From an uncultured delta proteobacterium (GTDB taxonomy: Bacteria > Bdellovibrionota > FAC87 > UBA2466): 64,000 nt of DNA. The notes below the pieces were generated by a model, which was not told the DNA's origin, did not search any database, and saw nothing but the letters and a program-made list of their open reading frames with translations. Each line of letters begins with the position of its first letter. Position 1 is the stretch's first letter. The stretch lies in NCBI GenBank assembly GCA_963778115.1, contig CAVZSV010000004.1, positions 1,152,001 to 1,216,000 of the forward strand, given 5' to 3'. The translations under genes and the position numbers were made by a program. Positions 47,957-57,278 of the stretch are shown one piece after another.

Positions 47957-48640
47957 ATGGGCGAGTATTTTTTTGAACGCAACGCTTTGACTTTCAAAGG
48001 CGCACTCGGTTTTCCCGTTGATATGGAACTACCTAGCGCTGAAGGAGCCGCCAGAGCCGTAGTTCGCACCGGGATCGACTGGTCAGAGAGATTCGTAGCT
48101 ATCGTGATGACGATGCTGCTAAGCCCTGTTCTGCTATTCACGGCACTGCTAATCAAACTGACCTCTCCGGGTCCCGTACTCTACCGACAAATCCGAGTCG
48201 GAAAAAACGGAAGGCCTTTTGACATCTACAAATTTCGAAGCATGATCGCGGATGCCGAAGCCAAGACCGGGCCGGTCCTCTCACGGCGATCGGATGCTAG
48301 AGTCACGCCAGTGGGAAAGTGGCTCAGAAACGCCCATTTGGACGAACTGCCGCAGTTAATCAATATCATCCGTGGAGATATGGCGTTTATCGGTCCCAGA
48401 CCGGAAAGGCCTGAGTTTGTGAACCAGTATGCCGCGGCCATCCCGAAGTATAAAATGCGCCATGCTGTAAAGCCGGGAATCTCGGGATTGGCGCAGGTCT
48501 GCGGCAGCTACGACGCTTCTGCGGAAGAGAAATTGACGTACGATCTCATTTTCTTGGCTCAGAGGACCTCGTTGAAACTGAACCTCTTCATCTTATATAA
48601 CACGGTAATGAAGATCGTCGTGATTCGCTTCAATGAATAA
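47957..48640 (+). CDS. Priming sugar transferase (Bac_transf)
   Basis: SPGPVLYRQIRVG, KFRSM, LDELPQL, GDMAFIGPRPERP, KPGISGLAQV. Confidence 0.9.
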   Translation: MGEYFFERNALTFKGALGFPVDMELPSAEGAARAVVRTGIDWSERFVAIVMTMLLSPVLLFTALLIKLTSPGPVLYRQIRVGKNGRPFDIYKFRSMIADAEAKTGPVLSRRSDARVTPVGKWLRNAHLDELPQLINIIRGDMAFIGPRPERPEFVNQYAAAIPKYKMRHAVKPGISGLAQVCGSYDASAEEKLTYDLIFLAQRTSLKLNLFILYNTVMKIVVIRFNE

Positions 48641-49460
48641 CATTCCAAAATGTGTTCTCACGTTCGATGTCGAGGACTGGTTCTGCGTCCGAAACATGCG
48701 AGAGCAGATTCCCTTCGAACGCTGGGATGAACAAGAGCTTCGGATTCATGAGGGGCTTACTTTCATTTTGCGTGAGCTAAAGAAAAGGCAAATCCGAGCC
48801 ACTTTCTTTGTCTTGGGATGGATTGCCGAACGAGTGCCCCATCTGATTCGTGAGATCGCAAAAGATGGGCATGAAATCGCCTGCCATGGCTATTCCCATC
48901 AATTGATAGACACTCTAACCCCCGAAGCTTTCCGAAAGGATACCGAGCGATCCCTGGAAGTCCTGACCCCTCTGGCAGGTCAACGGATCCGCGGATTTAG
49001 AGCTCCCAGTTTTTCCGTCACCAAAAAAACGCTTTGGGCCATCGATATCTTAAAATCACTCGGGTTCGATTACGACAGCAGCATCTACCCCACCCGCCAT
49101 CCCGATTACGGAATCGCTGATTTCGGAACTCAGCCAAAAAAGATCTGCGGCCTTTGGGAGATCCCCATGACGAGCGTTTCGTTGGCTGGGGTCTCCCTTC
49201 CCATTTCAGGCGGTGGCTACTTCAGACTCTTCCCCTATCGCATGACTCGAAGACTGCTCCGGCGAGCCGCAACAGAAGGAGCCGTCATTCTGTACTTCCA
49301 CCCTTGGGAGTTTGACGTGGATCAACCCAGGGTCTCCCTACCCCTCCTACGCCGTTTTCGTCATTATGTGGGCTTGGATGAAAACCGACAGAAATTCCAA
49401 AGACTCTCGGATGATTTTTCGTTCCAAACCGTGGACGAATTAATGAGCGATCTGGCGTAA
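48633..49460 (+). CDS. Polysaccharide deacetylase, exosortase A/PEP-CTERM system type (DUF3473)
   Basis: TFDVEDWF, ATFFVLGWIAE, HEIACHGYSH, GFRAPSFS, YDSSIYP, GGGYFRLFPY, YFHPWEFD. Confidence 0.88.
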   Translation: MNNIPKCVLTFDVEDWFCVRNMREQIPFERWDEQELRIHEGLTFILRELKKRQIRATFFVLGWIAERVPHLIREIAKDGHEIACHGYSHQLIDTLTPEAFRKDTERSLEVLTPLAGQRIRGFRAPSFSVTKKTLWAIDILKSLGFDYDSSIYPTRHPDYGIADFGTQPKKICGLWEIPMTSVSLAGVSLPISGGGYFRLFPYRMTRRLLRRAATEGAVILYFHPWEFDVDQPRVSLPLLRRFRHYVGLDENRQKFQRLSDDFSFQTVDELMSDLA

Positions 49461-49620
49461 GCCAACCTCTAATGCGTCGCACCAAAAGGTGCCTTTGGGA
49501 ACTCGCCGAAGCAACCTCGTCGCATAAGTGCCACGTTGTCGTACCTTGTGCCCCTATAACGCCCATCGACCGCTTGAAACCCCTTGTCGCGAGTGTTATT
49601 CCCCTCAGTAGGGGTGTAGC

Positions 49621-50439
49621 TTGCCTACGTCGAAAAAACGCGAATTCCTTTCCGTTATTCTCTGGGGATTAGTCGGACTCGTCGTAACTGGTTTTTATGC
49701 AGGGATGGCAAAACCGGTTTACGAAACAACGGCGTCGGTCGTTCTTTACCGCGATCGAATCGAAAATCCCAACGCGGTTTCTGAAGAGGGCAAAAACCGC
49801 TGGGTTTGGGTCAGAGATGGACTAACCCTCACGGAAGGGCTAATGTCAGACGAAACGCTTGAAGCTTTAGTCGCTAAACAACCCAAACTTCAAGATCGCT
49901 ACGACAATTTCAAAGCCCACCAACTTAAACGTCACGTCCTAAGACATTCCGACGATGAAATGCCGGTTTTCCTAAACCGTCTTCGAAATCAGATCAAGAT
50001 TGAATATACAGGGGGCGACTCGAATACCTTTATTTTTACGGTCAACGATAGATCACCCGAAATCAGCCAATACATCGCCCAAGCTATCATTGAACGGCTA
50101 AGGAAACTTTGGGTCATCGATCTCGATGACGCCTATGCATCCGCTCTATCGGCCATTTCCCAAGAAATAAATAAGGCCGGCCCTGAAGCCACTTCATTGG
50201 CGAGTCGGAGTTATTTGCGAAATACTTACAATGGCCTTCTTGTGGAAAGCCGCCTGAGTGCAGTGATGGCCGAAAAAACTTTTCAGATCGTACGGCGACC
50301 TGCCTTCCCCGTCTCTCCCGTTTGGCCGCGTAGCAACTTACTTTTGACTTTAGGGGCCGGAGTAGGATTATTGGTGGGCTTTTTTCTAATGCTTCTTCGA
50401 GATTCAACGAAGGATCGAAGAAAGCGTGGACGTGGATAG
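49621..50439 (+). CDS. Wzz-like chain-length determinant
   Basis: N- and C-terminal TM segments, PVYETTA, PAFPVSPVWPR proline-rich motif before TM2. Confidence 0.72.
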   Translation: MPTSKKREFLSVILWGLVGLVVTGFYAGMAKPVYETTASVVLYRDRIENPNAVSEEGKNRWVWVRDGLTLTEGLMSDETLEALVAKQPKLQDRYDNFKAHQLKRHVLRHSDDEMPVFLNRLRNQIKIEYTGGDSNTFIFTVNDRSPEISQYIAQAIIERLRKLWVIDLDDAYASALSAISQEINKAGPEATSLASRSYLRNTYNGLLVESRLSAVMAEKTFQIVRRPAFPVSPVWPRSNLLLTLGAGVGLLVGFFLMLLRDSTKDRRKRGRG

Positions 50440-51724
50440 ACGTCTTAGAGAATTTCTTCTCTCGCCACAGCCTTATATCCTGCTTTTTCTATTTTTCGAA
50501 ATCACGTCATTGAACACCAAAGTAACCTTCCTAAGAGATATCCACGCGGAACTTCTATTAGTGATAGCAATAACTTTTCTCTCCTTGCTAAATCGCCTCT
50601 ACCTTCAAAGAATTTCTTTCTCTCTCAAAGAGAGAGAGCTCTTTATTCTTTGTGGTTTTATCTTTCTTGCGCCTTTACTCTCCTCACTGGCCAATCGGGG
50701 ACGTCTGGACATTCTAAATCAAGAGGAGTTCAAGAGCTGGACCAAGGCTCTTATGGTCTGTCCCTTTCTCTATTTTAGTTTCAAATCTCCAAAACGACGG
50801 CACCTTCTTATCGACGTTGTTCTGTTTTCCCTAGTCGTGTTTGAGATTGTTTTTCTATATCGTTATTTCGTGTGGGGAGAAGCCAGAGAGTTTGATTTGC
50901 GGCCGCTCATTGAAATGAAAAATGGCGATCCTAATTTCATCTGTACATTCCTAGCTCTTGGAGTCCCCCTTGCGATTTACCGATCACGATCGCTGGGGAG
51001 TGTTTCGAACAAAGGCCTCGTCCTTTTGATGGTCGCTCTCACCTTATTTTTCATTTATGGCGCCGCCGTTACTCAATCGCGGATGGGTCTCATTTCGGTC
51101 GTAGCCTCTTTGATTTACCTTCTTACTAAAGCTAAATTGCCCTTCAGTAAGAGCGCTACGTTCTTGTTTTTAATCGGTATGGTGGCCGTGGTGACCTACT
51201 TCTATGGGCAAAGCCTATGGCATCGCTTCGAGACTATCGATGATGAGTCGACTCACGGAAGGCTAAAGAGTTACCAGAACGGAATTGCGATGTTCGAACA
51301 GAGCCCCTGGTTCGGCAAAGGTTGGGACGCCTCACCCAACTATTATTTCCAACATACGGGCTACCCGCTTTTTAGATCGGATCCTGACACCCATTCTTTG
51401 GCGGTTCACGATACTCCGCTTCAACTTTTGGCGGATCTTGGTCTATACGGTTTTGCTACTTACCTGTGGCTTGCCCTATTCACGGGGCTTTCGATTGCTT
51501 ACGGATCGAAGCGCAATGACACCATGGCCGTTTGTTGCGGCGCTGCTTTTTTGGCCCTGGTTCTGAATTTTCTGACCCTTCCCCTGGCAACCAAGGACTT
51601 TGGGATCCTTTTTCTGGGGCTCTTGGCAACTCTCACCCAACGGGAAGGGGAATTAACCGAGAAAGCCATTCCGCTTTCTCCTTCCAGCTCTCGGTCTTCA
51701 ATCGAGACACAAGATCGGGCCTAG
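50426..51724 (+). CDS. O-antigen ligase/Wzy-like polymerase
   Basis: DPN, TQSRMG, R..SY..G..MF..SPWFGKG, VHDTPLQLLADLGLYG; polytopic. Confidence 0.82.
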   Translation: MDVDRRLREFLLSPQPYILLFLFFEITSLNTKVTFLRDIHAELLLVIAITFLSLLNRLYLQRISFSLKERELFILCGFIFLAPLLSSLANRGRLDILNQEEFKSWTKALMVCPFLYFSFKSPKRRHLLIDVVLFSLVVFEIVFLYRYFVWGEAREFDLRPLIEMKNGDPNFICTFLALGVPLAIYRSRSLGSVSNKGLVLLMVALTLFFIYGAAVTQSRMGLISVVASLIYLLTKAKLPFSKSATFLFLIGMVAVVTYFYGQSLWHRFETIDDESTHGRLKSYQNGIAMFEQSPWFGKGWDASPNYYFQHTGYPLFRSDPDTHSLAVHDTPLQLLADLGLYGFATYLWLALFTGLSIAYGSKRNDTMAVCCGAAFLALVLNFLTLPLATKDFGILFLGLLATLTQREGELTEKAIPLSPSSSRSSIETQDRA

Positions 51725-52769
51725 TATTTTCCTCGGGACGCTCGAGAATAGCCTCGAGGAGACGAAAAAAATCTTCGCGATTCTTTGCCAAAAAAAGATG
51801 GTCTTTAAATAACTCTAACTCTACAAGTTCGGTCGCCACGACCGGCCTTCCGGTGGCCAGGTACTCTTTAATCTTGAGCGGATTGATGTAACGAGTAAGT
51901 GCATTAACATGATAGGGCAAAATAAAGACTGAAACGTCTTGTATCGCCTTAGGGAGTTCTGGGTAAGGAATCTTTCCGTGCCACACTATGTTGGTCTGTT
52001 GCGACAATGATGAAACATCCACCACGACATCACCGATGAAATGGAATTCAACGCCAGAAAGACGCCTCGCCAAACCGAAAAGAAGATGCAGATCCACTCG
52101 CTCGTCTATCAGACCAAAGAAGCCTACTTTTTTTCGGTTTCCTTTTGGCGCGCCCTTGAGTCGGAAATGCTCCAAGTCAACGCCATGGCTTAGTAGTTCT
52201 ACCCTAGGGTGCTTGGGCTTTCTATCTTCCAACAGGCTCTTCGAGGTGGTCAGCACCAAATCCACTTTTTTGAGAAGCTGCTCCTCCATCGGCCTGACTA
52301 GTTTCGCGTCTATGCCAGGCCACAATGAAAATTCATCCACGCAATAATAGATGGAGAAACTTTCTTGGAAGCTGCCAACAAAATCACTGGAGCTGGGAAT
52401 GCAAGTCATCAGGACAGGTTTTCTAAAGCCCAGTTTTTTCATCGAGCGGCGAACTTTGGCAACCACCCATTTTCGATTTAGCCAGCGGACGGCTCCGAAC
52501 TGATTGTAAGGAATCATGATAGGGCTAATGACAGTGATATTAATGGGCAGCGGCCGCTGCTTTTGTTTCTTTCCCAGACGAAACCACTGGCCCAATTTCT
52601 CCACCACTCTCTTTAGGTCATAGAGCGAAAAATTAGGAGATCTCATCCCGATAGTCTGTACCCATAAGACTTCATTTTCGGGCAATAGATGGCGCACTAG
52701 GTGTTCCAAACAGTGCGGGTGGCGATCGAAGTCTTCTCCAAAAACGATAATCTGGCGTCCGTGTATCAT
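51633..52769 (-). CDS. Glycosyltransferase (GT4/TuaH-like)
   Basis: IYYCVDEFS, HGVDLEHF, GFFGLIDERVD, NPLKIKEYLATGRPVV. Confidence 0.85.
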   Translation of the reverse strand: MIHGRQIIVFGEDFDRHPHCLEHLVRHLLPENEVLWVQTIGMRSPNFSLYDLKRVVEKLGQWFRLGKKQKQRPLPINITVISPIMIPYNQFGAVRWLNRKWVVAKVRRSMKKLGFRKPVLMTCIPSSSDFVGSFQESFSIYYCVDEFSLWPGIDAKLVRPMEEQLLKKVDLVLTTSKSLLEDRKPKHPRVELLSHGVDLEHFRLKGAPKGNRKKVGFFGLIDERVDLHLLFGLARRLSGVEFHFIGDVVVDVSSLSQQTNIVWHGKIPYPELPKAIQDVSVFILPYHVNALTRYINPLKIKEYLATGRPVVATELVELELFKDHLFLAKNREDFFRLLEAILERPEENTRPDLVSRLKTESWKEKAEWLSRLIPLPVG

Positions 52770-53968
52770 CTAACGGCCTTTCTCCAAATGGCGACACCGT
52801 TGGTGCCACTCAAGAAATAGAAAAGGCCCTTAAGAGCGGCAAGGTTCATGTAACAGTAGTAAACCGGAAGATAGAGAATCCGTTCGACCATTTTACTAGC
52901 GTGATTTGCATTTCCTACATAGCGACGAGTAAGAAACCCTACGACGGCAAGTAGATAAAAAATAGATTGAAGCAATAGAAAGCCTCTATAGAACGCAAGT
53001 TCCCCTCGGAAAGCCAGAGGGATACTCGCCATCAGCAAAAGCAACAAGAAGACGGGCATCAAATGGCGGAGAGTCTTGTGAACCAAAAATTGAATCGCAA
53101 ATCCCGTGCGGGGAGGAAACAAGAACTTTCGATATCGCCCCATGATCTGAAAGCCTCCCAATACCATTCGAGCCTTCACCCGGAAATCATCTTCCAAAGA
53201 GATCGAAGCTTTTTCTTCGGATAGCGCCCTAGGCTCGTAGATGACCCGTAATCCCTGCTGAATCAGGTCCAGCGTGATCGCGGTGTCGTCGTTGATCATG
53301 TCCGAATCAAGAACCTTAAAGGCCCGGCGCCTCACCGCAAAGATCTCTCCGTCTCCCGTGGGAATAGAGCCTAAACGACTCTCAGCTGTCTTAAGGCGAG
53401 CTTCCACGTCCCAGAACAGACGATCCCCCCTTGAGCTTTCCCGATCTCTTTGCTCTAGAATGGCTTTTCTGCCGGTAACCCCTCCGATCTTAGGATCGCC
53501 AAACCAGACACTCAGTTTCTTCAAAGCGTCGAAGCTAAAAAACGAATTGGCATCGGAAAAAACTAGCCACTCTCCGCTCGCGATGCTGACGGCACGATTA
53601 AGAGCTGCCGCCTTTCCCTGACGATCGCGTGAATAAAGACAGTGAAGTCGAATTCCGTTACTATCAAAAGCCTTCACCAAATTCACCGTCTTATCGGTAG
53701 AACCGTCCGCGACTACAATAATCTCAAGATTGTCTGGCGGGTATTCTAAAGCTAGACAATTTTCCAATTTAGCATTGATGACGGCCGCTTCATTATAAGC
53801 AGCGATGATAAGAGATATCTTGGGGTCTTCTGCGCAAGGACAAGGGTGAGCCACAGGTCGAAATAGAGAGAAAAGCCAAATAGCTATCGGGAACAGTAGA
53901 TAATGGGTCAAAATGACCACAACCAGGGACCAGAAAATAATGCCCAAACCCTCCACCCCTCTAGGCAT
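52766..53968 (-). CDS. Glycosyltransferase family 2 (membrane-associated)
   Basis: IIAAYNE, ADGSTDKT, GKAAALN, FSDAN, DGEIFAVRR, NDD, HK.LR. Confidence 0.88.
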   Translation of the reverse strand: MPRGVEGLGIIFWSLVVVILTHYLLFPIAIWLFSLFRPVAHPCPCAEDPKISLIIAAYNEAAVINAKLENCLALEYPPDNLEIIVVADGSTDKTVNLVKAFDSNGIRLHCLYSRDRQGKAAALNRAVSIASGEWLVFSDANSFFSFDALKKLSVWFGDPKIGGVTGRKAILEQRDRESSRGDRLFWDVEARLKTAESRLGSIPTGDGEIFAVRRRAFKVLDSDMINDDTAITLDLIQQGLRVIYEPRALSEEKASISLEDDFRVKARMVLGGFQIMGRYRKFLFPPRTGFAIQFLVHKTLRHLMPVFLLLLLMASIPLAFRGELAFYRGFLLLQSIFYLLAVVGFLTRRYVGNANHASKMVERILYLPVYYCYMNLAALKGLFYFLSGTNGVAIWRKAVR

Positions 53969-54097
53969 ACCTCATCCCCGAGGTCCCCGCAAATGGTGCC
54001 TCCCCGTCTGTCGTTGCGAGGCAGATCCGAGGCCGAGCCGACACTCTGGAGATCGTAATTCGGCGTGACAGGTTTTAATATGCCGCTGAGGCTTAGG

Positions 54098-55441
54098 CTA
54101 CGGACTAAACGAGAAAGTTGTCGAGGAAAAATTTTTCCTCGACGCGACGTCGAACGCATACAGAACAAACGAGTCCGGATATTCGTTTTCCCGGTGAGCG
54201 TTGTTGGGAAGCGAAAAGATCAAAGGATGGTTTTGATCGCTAATTAAATTCTCGCGAGCTACTAAAAAATTCTTCTTCGCTACCAGCCCTCCGACTTCAT
54301 CGCTGTACTCTTTTCGAGCGGCGGAAAGAGGTTTCCCCTCGGTATCTCTTAGCGAAATCCCCACTTCGATTCGGGTCCCCACCAAAGAAGGGTCTAATCG
54401 CGTAGTGACGAAAAACCGCATTCCTTCCTCATCCCACTTTCGGAAAGCGAGTTTCAGACGAACCAGTGGGGGAGGCTGGGGCGTCGCAGGCGCTAAAGGA
54501 AGGGCTTCTGCAAAAGGCGCAGGAGCAGGAGGGGGAGCAGGCGCTGCCGCCGCGGCGACTTCAATTTCTTTAGGAAGAAAGAACGCATAGGGAACTTGAT
54601 CTTCGACATTCCCCGCTAGCCGGCGCCATCCCAAAGGAGCATATCGACTGCGCAGCTCGGTAAATCTCCTGTGCGTTGACTCTCGAATCGCGAAAAAGAC
54701 TTCAGTCCAGTCGGCAATGCCGTCATGATTGGTATCCAAGGACTCCGGAAGTTGCGATAAGACTTCAGCTATCGCTTCCGTGAAAACCGCGCCTTTTGGT
54801 TCAGGTCCATTTTCTCCTTGGATGGACTTCGTATCCACGAAAGCGGGATTCTCGCCAGTAGCGGCCGTGATGTCGACCGTTCCATGAAGGTCCCCGATGA
54901 TATCAGCGATGAGCGACCAGTTACCTTCCGGCGGAGCGCCCCCTTCGTTAAGGACAGGCCCCGGTTGAGGCTCGGCTCTCGTTCCACAAGCGTCCGTCGT
55001 AATGAGAACCCCTTGTGTTTTCTTGGCTTCCATGGCGGCACGAAGCTCTTTTCTGGATAGCCTGTCCCCTCCCATTTGAAGCACATGACCTTGGCCAGGA
55101 ACTGTCATTCCGTGCCCACAGTAATAAAACCAAAGGACGTCGTTGGGCTTAAAATTATTGGTGTCAAAGAAAGTGATGACGTCGGACCTGCCCGCCACTC
55201 TGTCCCAATAGTAATGGATGGCTAGCCGCTTAATATCTGGTCGAGCGGCTTGCAGAAATTTCTTAAGCCTCGTCCAGCTGGCTTTACAACTGCTCCCCAC
55301 TTTAGGGTCAAACTCTTCTATCGCGCCGAGGACATGAATGGTCCCCGTGGGATTGGAATCGACTGCGAGGGCCGAGGAGGAAAGGCAAGGGACCAATTCC
55401 GTACTCAATAAACAGAATAAAGGCAGCAGCAACCGGTACAT
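54098..55441 (-). CDS. Secreted caspase-like (peptidase C14) protease with Pro/Ala linker and C-terminal domain
   Basis: Signal peptide; WFYYCGHG (catalytic His) and ITTDACG (catalytic Cys); GAVFT; DTNHDG..D..E loop; QVP. Confidence 0.75.
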   Translation of the reverse strand: MYRLLLPLFCLLSTELVPCLSSSALAVDSNPTGTIHVLGAIEEFDPKVGSSCKASWTRLKKFLQAARPDIKRLAIHYYWDRVAGRSDVITFFDTNNFKPNDVLWFYYCGHGMTVPGQGHVLQMGGDRLSRKELRAAMEAKKTQGVLITTDACGTRAEPQPGPVLNEGGAPPEGNWSLIADIIGDLHGTVDITAATGENPAFVDTKSIQGENGPEPKGAVFTEAIAEVLSQLPESLDTNHDGIADWTEVFFAIRESTHRRFTELRSRYAPLGWRRLAGNVEDQVPYAFFLPKEIEVAAAAAPAPPPAPAPFAEALPLAPATPQPPPLVRLKLAFRKWDEEGMRFFVTTRLDPSLVGTRIEVGISLRDTEGKPLSAARKEYSDEVGGLVAKKNFLVARENLISDQNHPLIFSLPNNAHRENEYPDSFVLYAFDVASRKNFSSTTFSFSP

Positions 55442-55651
55442 GTGAGGCTCCCTCTTGCATCATTTCGATTCAGACGAAACTTACATGTATAATGCATCGA
55501 GTCAATAGTAGGGCAGCAAGATACGACTTCGAAAACGCTGCTGTCGACAACCAGCCGGATTTTCTTTATAAATTAGGCACGATTTCATAGAGGGGCCGAG
55601 GCACGGACTAGCCAAGGCTGAAACAAGGCTGGAAATAGAGGCTGCACATTG

Positions 55652-56062
55652 ATGAAGATTCTTCTAGGAAAAGGGAACAATCCAGTGCTGCGCTTGTTCG
55701 GCGCTTTAGCACTGCTTATCTCGCTACAAACCCTGACGGGAAATGTCGCCTTTGCCACCTGTACGGGAACTTGCGCAACCGACACGGATTGCGCGGGAAA
55801 AGCATGCGTTTTTTGTAACCAAGATTTCGGAGTTTGTTCGGATTGTTGTGAGTTTGTGGATTCGCAGAGCTGTCCGGGGGCTTGCAGCTGGAGTGGTACC
55901 GATTGCAGAAACAATAGCAACTTGTCTTGTCTGGGTCTCCCTGAAACGCCCAAGTCCTTCCCCAGATACCTTTACTTGGTCATTCTTGCCGGAATTTTGG
56001 GAATCGCTTGGTTTGGAAGAAAACGCGTCGGCCGAAAACCTAAGGATTCAACTGGCGGATAA
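55652..56062 (+). CDS. Small exported 12-cysteine protein with C-terminal LPETP-TM-basic sorting signal (probable exosortase substrate)
   Basis: Signal peptide ending AFA; 12 Cys in about 58 aa; LPETP, hydrophobic YLYLVILAGILGIAWFG, then RKRVGRKPK. Confidence 0.75.
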   Translation: MKILLGKGNNPVLRLFGALALLISLQTLTGNVAFATCTGTCATDTDCAGKACVFCNQDFGVCSDCCEFVDSQSCPGACSWSGTDCRNNSNLSCLGLPETPKSFPRYLYLVILAGILGIAWFGRKRVGRKPKDSTGG

Positions 56063-57019
56063 TTGGGGAGAGGCAACCAAGCCCGTCTCTGTTTCGAGAA
56101 AGGGACTTAGTTTCTTCAAGTAAGTCGCTATCCCCACCGCATAGAGAAACCATCCCAAATGCGCGTGAAAAAATAGGCCAAAGATATTTCCCGCGATCTT
56201 AAACGGAAGCACCTCTCTTAAGCCGACGCCCAGGAAAAATAGAAATACGATCCGAAATAAATTTAGGCCGAACATAGTTACCAAACCGCCTAAGTACAGC
56301 GTCAAACCGCGAAATAGACGAATGCTCTTCTTAGAGAGTGTGTAAGCCAAGAGAAACACCAGAGTGAAGAAGAAAAAAGAATCAAAGCCCGCACAGGCCT
56401 TTCCGATCCTCGCAGAAAAGATGGGATGTTCCAGCGCGACTTCGGAATTGGAGTTAAAGAAGCTCACGGCATGGGTAAAAGGAATTAACTTAAAAATGCC
56501 ATAAACGGCGGCTGAAGTGACTGGCCCGAGTAACGTCCAACCCGCATGGAATCCTTGGGTGTAAAAGAACATCGAAGTGCCGATAAGGACACAGGGCAAA
56601 AACGCGAATCGGTTCTGGTTTTTTAAGTAGTAACGGGGATCGACAAAGACACAAAAAGAACTGGCGACAATAATAGCTAGACAGGCAAACCACAGTGACG
56701 CCGATCCCACAGGGCTCATCCTTGCCATATCTTCGAAAAAATTATTCTCCACCAGAAACAAGATCGTGGCAGCAATATTCACCAGGAAAGGAATTTTCTG
56801 AAATTTGATTTCGCATTCTTTTGACCTTTCCAAAGCGTGCATCAAGACGATGAAAGCAATGGGAGCCGGAAGAAAAAGATCGTAGTCGGTGATATTGGAG
56901 AATCCAAATCTCAACTCGAGAAAGGCATGTAAGAATATTCTCAATAAGAGAAGCTGGGCCAACGGCCAAGCGAGGATGGTGATAGCGCGTTTCGTCGTTT
57001 CGCTCGATATATTGAACAT
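56048..57019 (-). CDS. Exosortase/archaeosortase family protein-sorting enzyme
   Basis: Polytopic; IGKACAG (Cys), NLFRI (Arg), FHAHLGW (His) triad in the expected order. Confidence 0.82.
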   Translation of the reverse strand: MFNISSETTKRAITILAWPLAQLLLLRIFLHAFLELRFGFSNITDYDLFLPAPIAFIVLMHALERSKECEIKFQKIPFLVNIAATILFLVENNFFEDMARMSPVGSASLWFACLAIIVASSFCVFVDPRYYLKNQNRFAFLPCVLIGTSMFFYTQGFHAGWTLLGPVTSAAVYGIFKLIPFTHAVSFFNSNSEVALEHPIFSARIGKACAGFDSFFFFTLVFLLAYTLSKKSIRLFRGLTLYLGGLVTMFGLNLFRIVFLFFLGVGLREVLPFKIAGNIFGLFFHAHLGWFLYAVGIATYLKKLSPFLETETGLVASPQLSAS

Positions 57020-57278
57020 GTTTTTTTTTTGGTTGACGCCCGGAGGAGGAAGTTGGGCGATAAATTAATTGTATCAGATGTCAGCTTGAAAGGTAGGGGC
57101 CACGCATGAAGCGTGATGTCATTCCAAAGTCGAGGCTTCAAGAACGATTCCAACTCGTTACCTCAAAAAAAGCATACTCTTCACAAATACCCCTTAATTT
57201 TATTGAAAAATCCATCACCATTCTGCCGAGGAAATAACGCGATAAGCGACATTTTGCTAAAATTAGTGAGTGGCACGT

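Noticed and set aside
55575..55615. sigma54 promoter upstream of the Cys-rich miniprotein (two GGCAC motifs)
   Set aside because: Neither has GC at the required GG-N10-GC spacing.
55930..55955. Classical LPxTG sortase signal
   Set aside because: The motif is LPETP, no sortase is present, the organism has outer-membrane genes and the adjacent enzyme is an exosortase.
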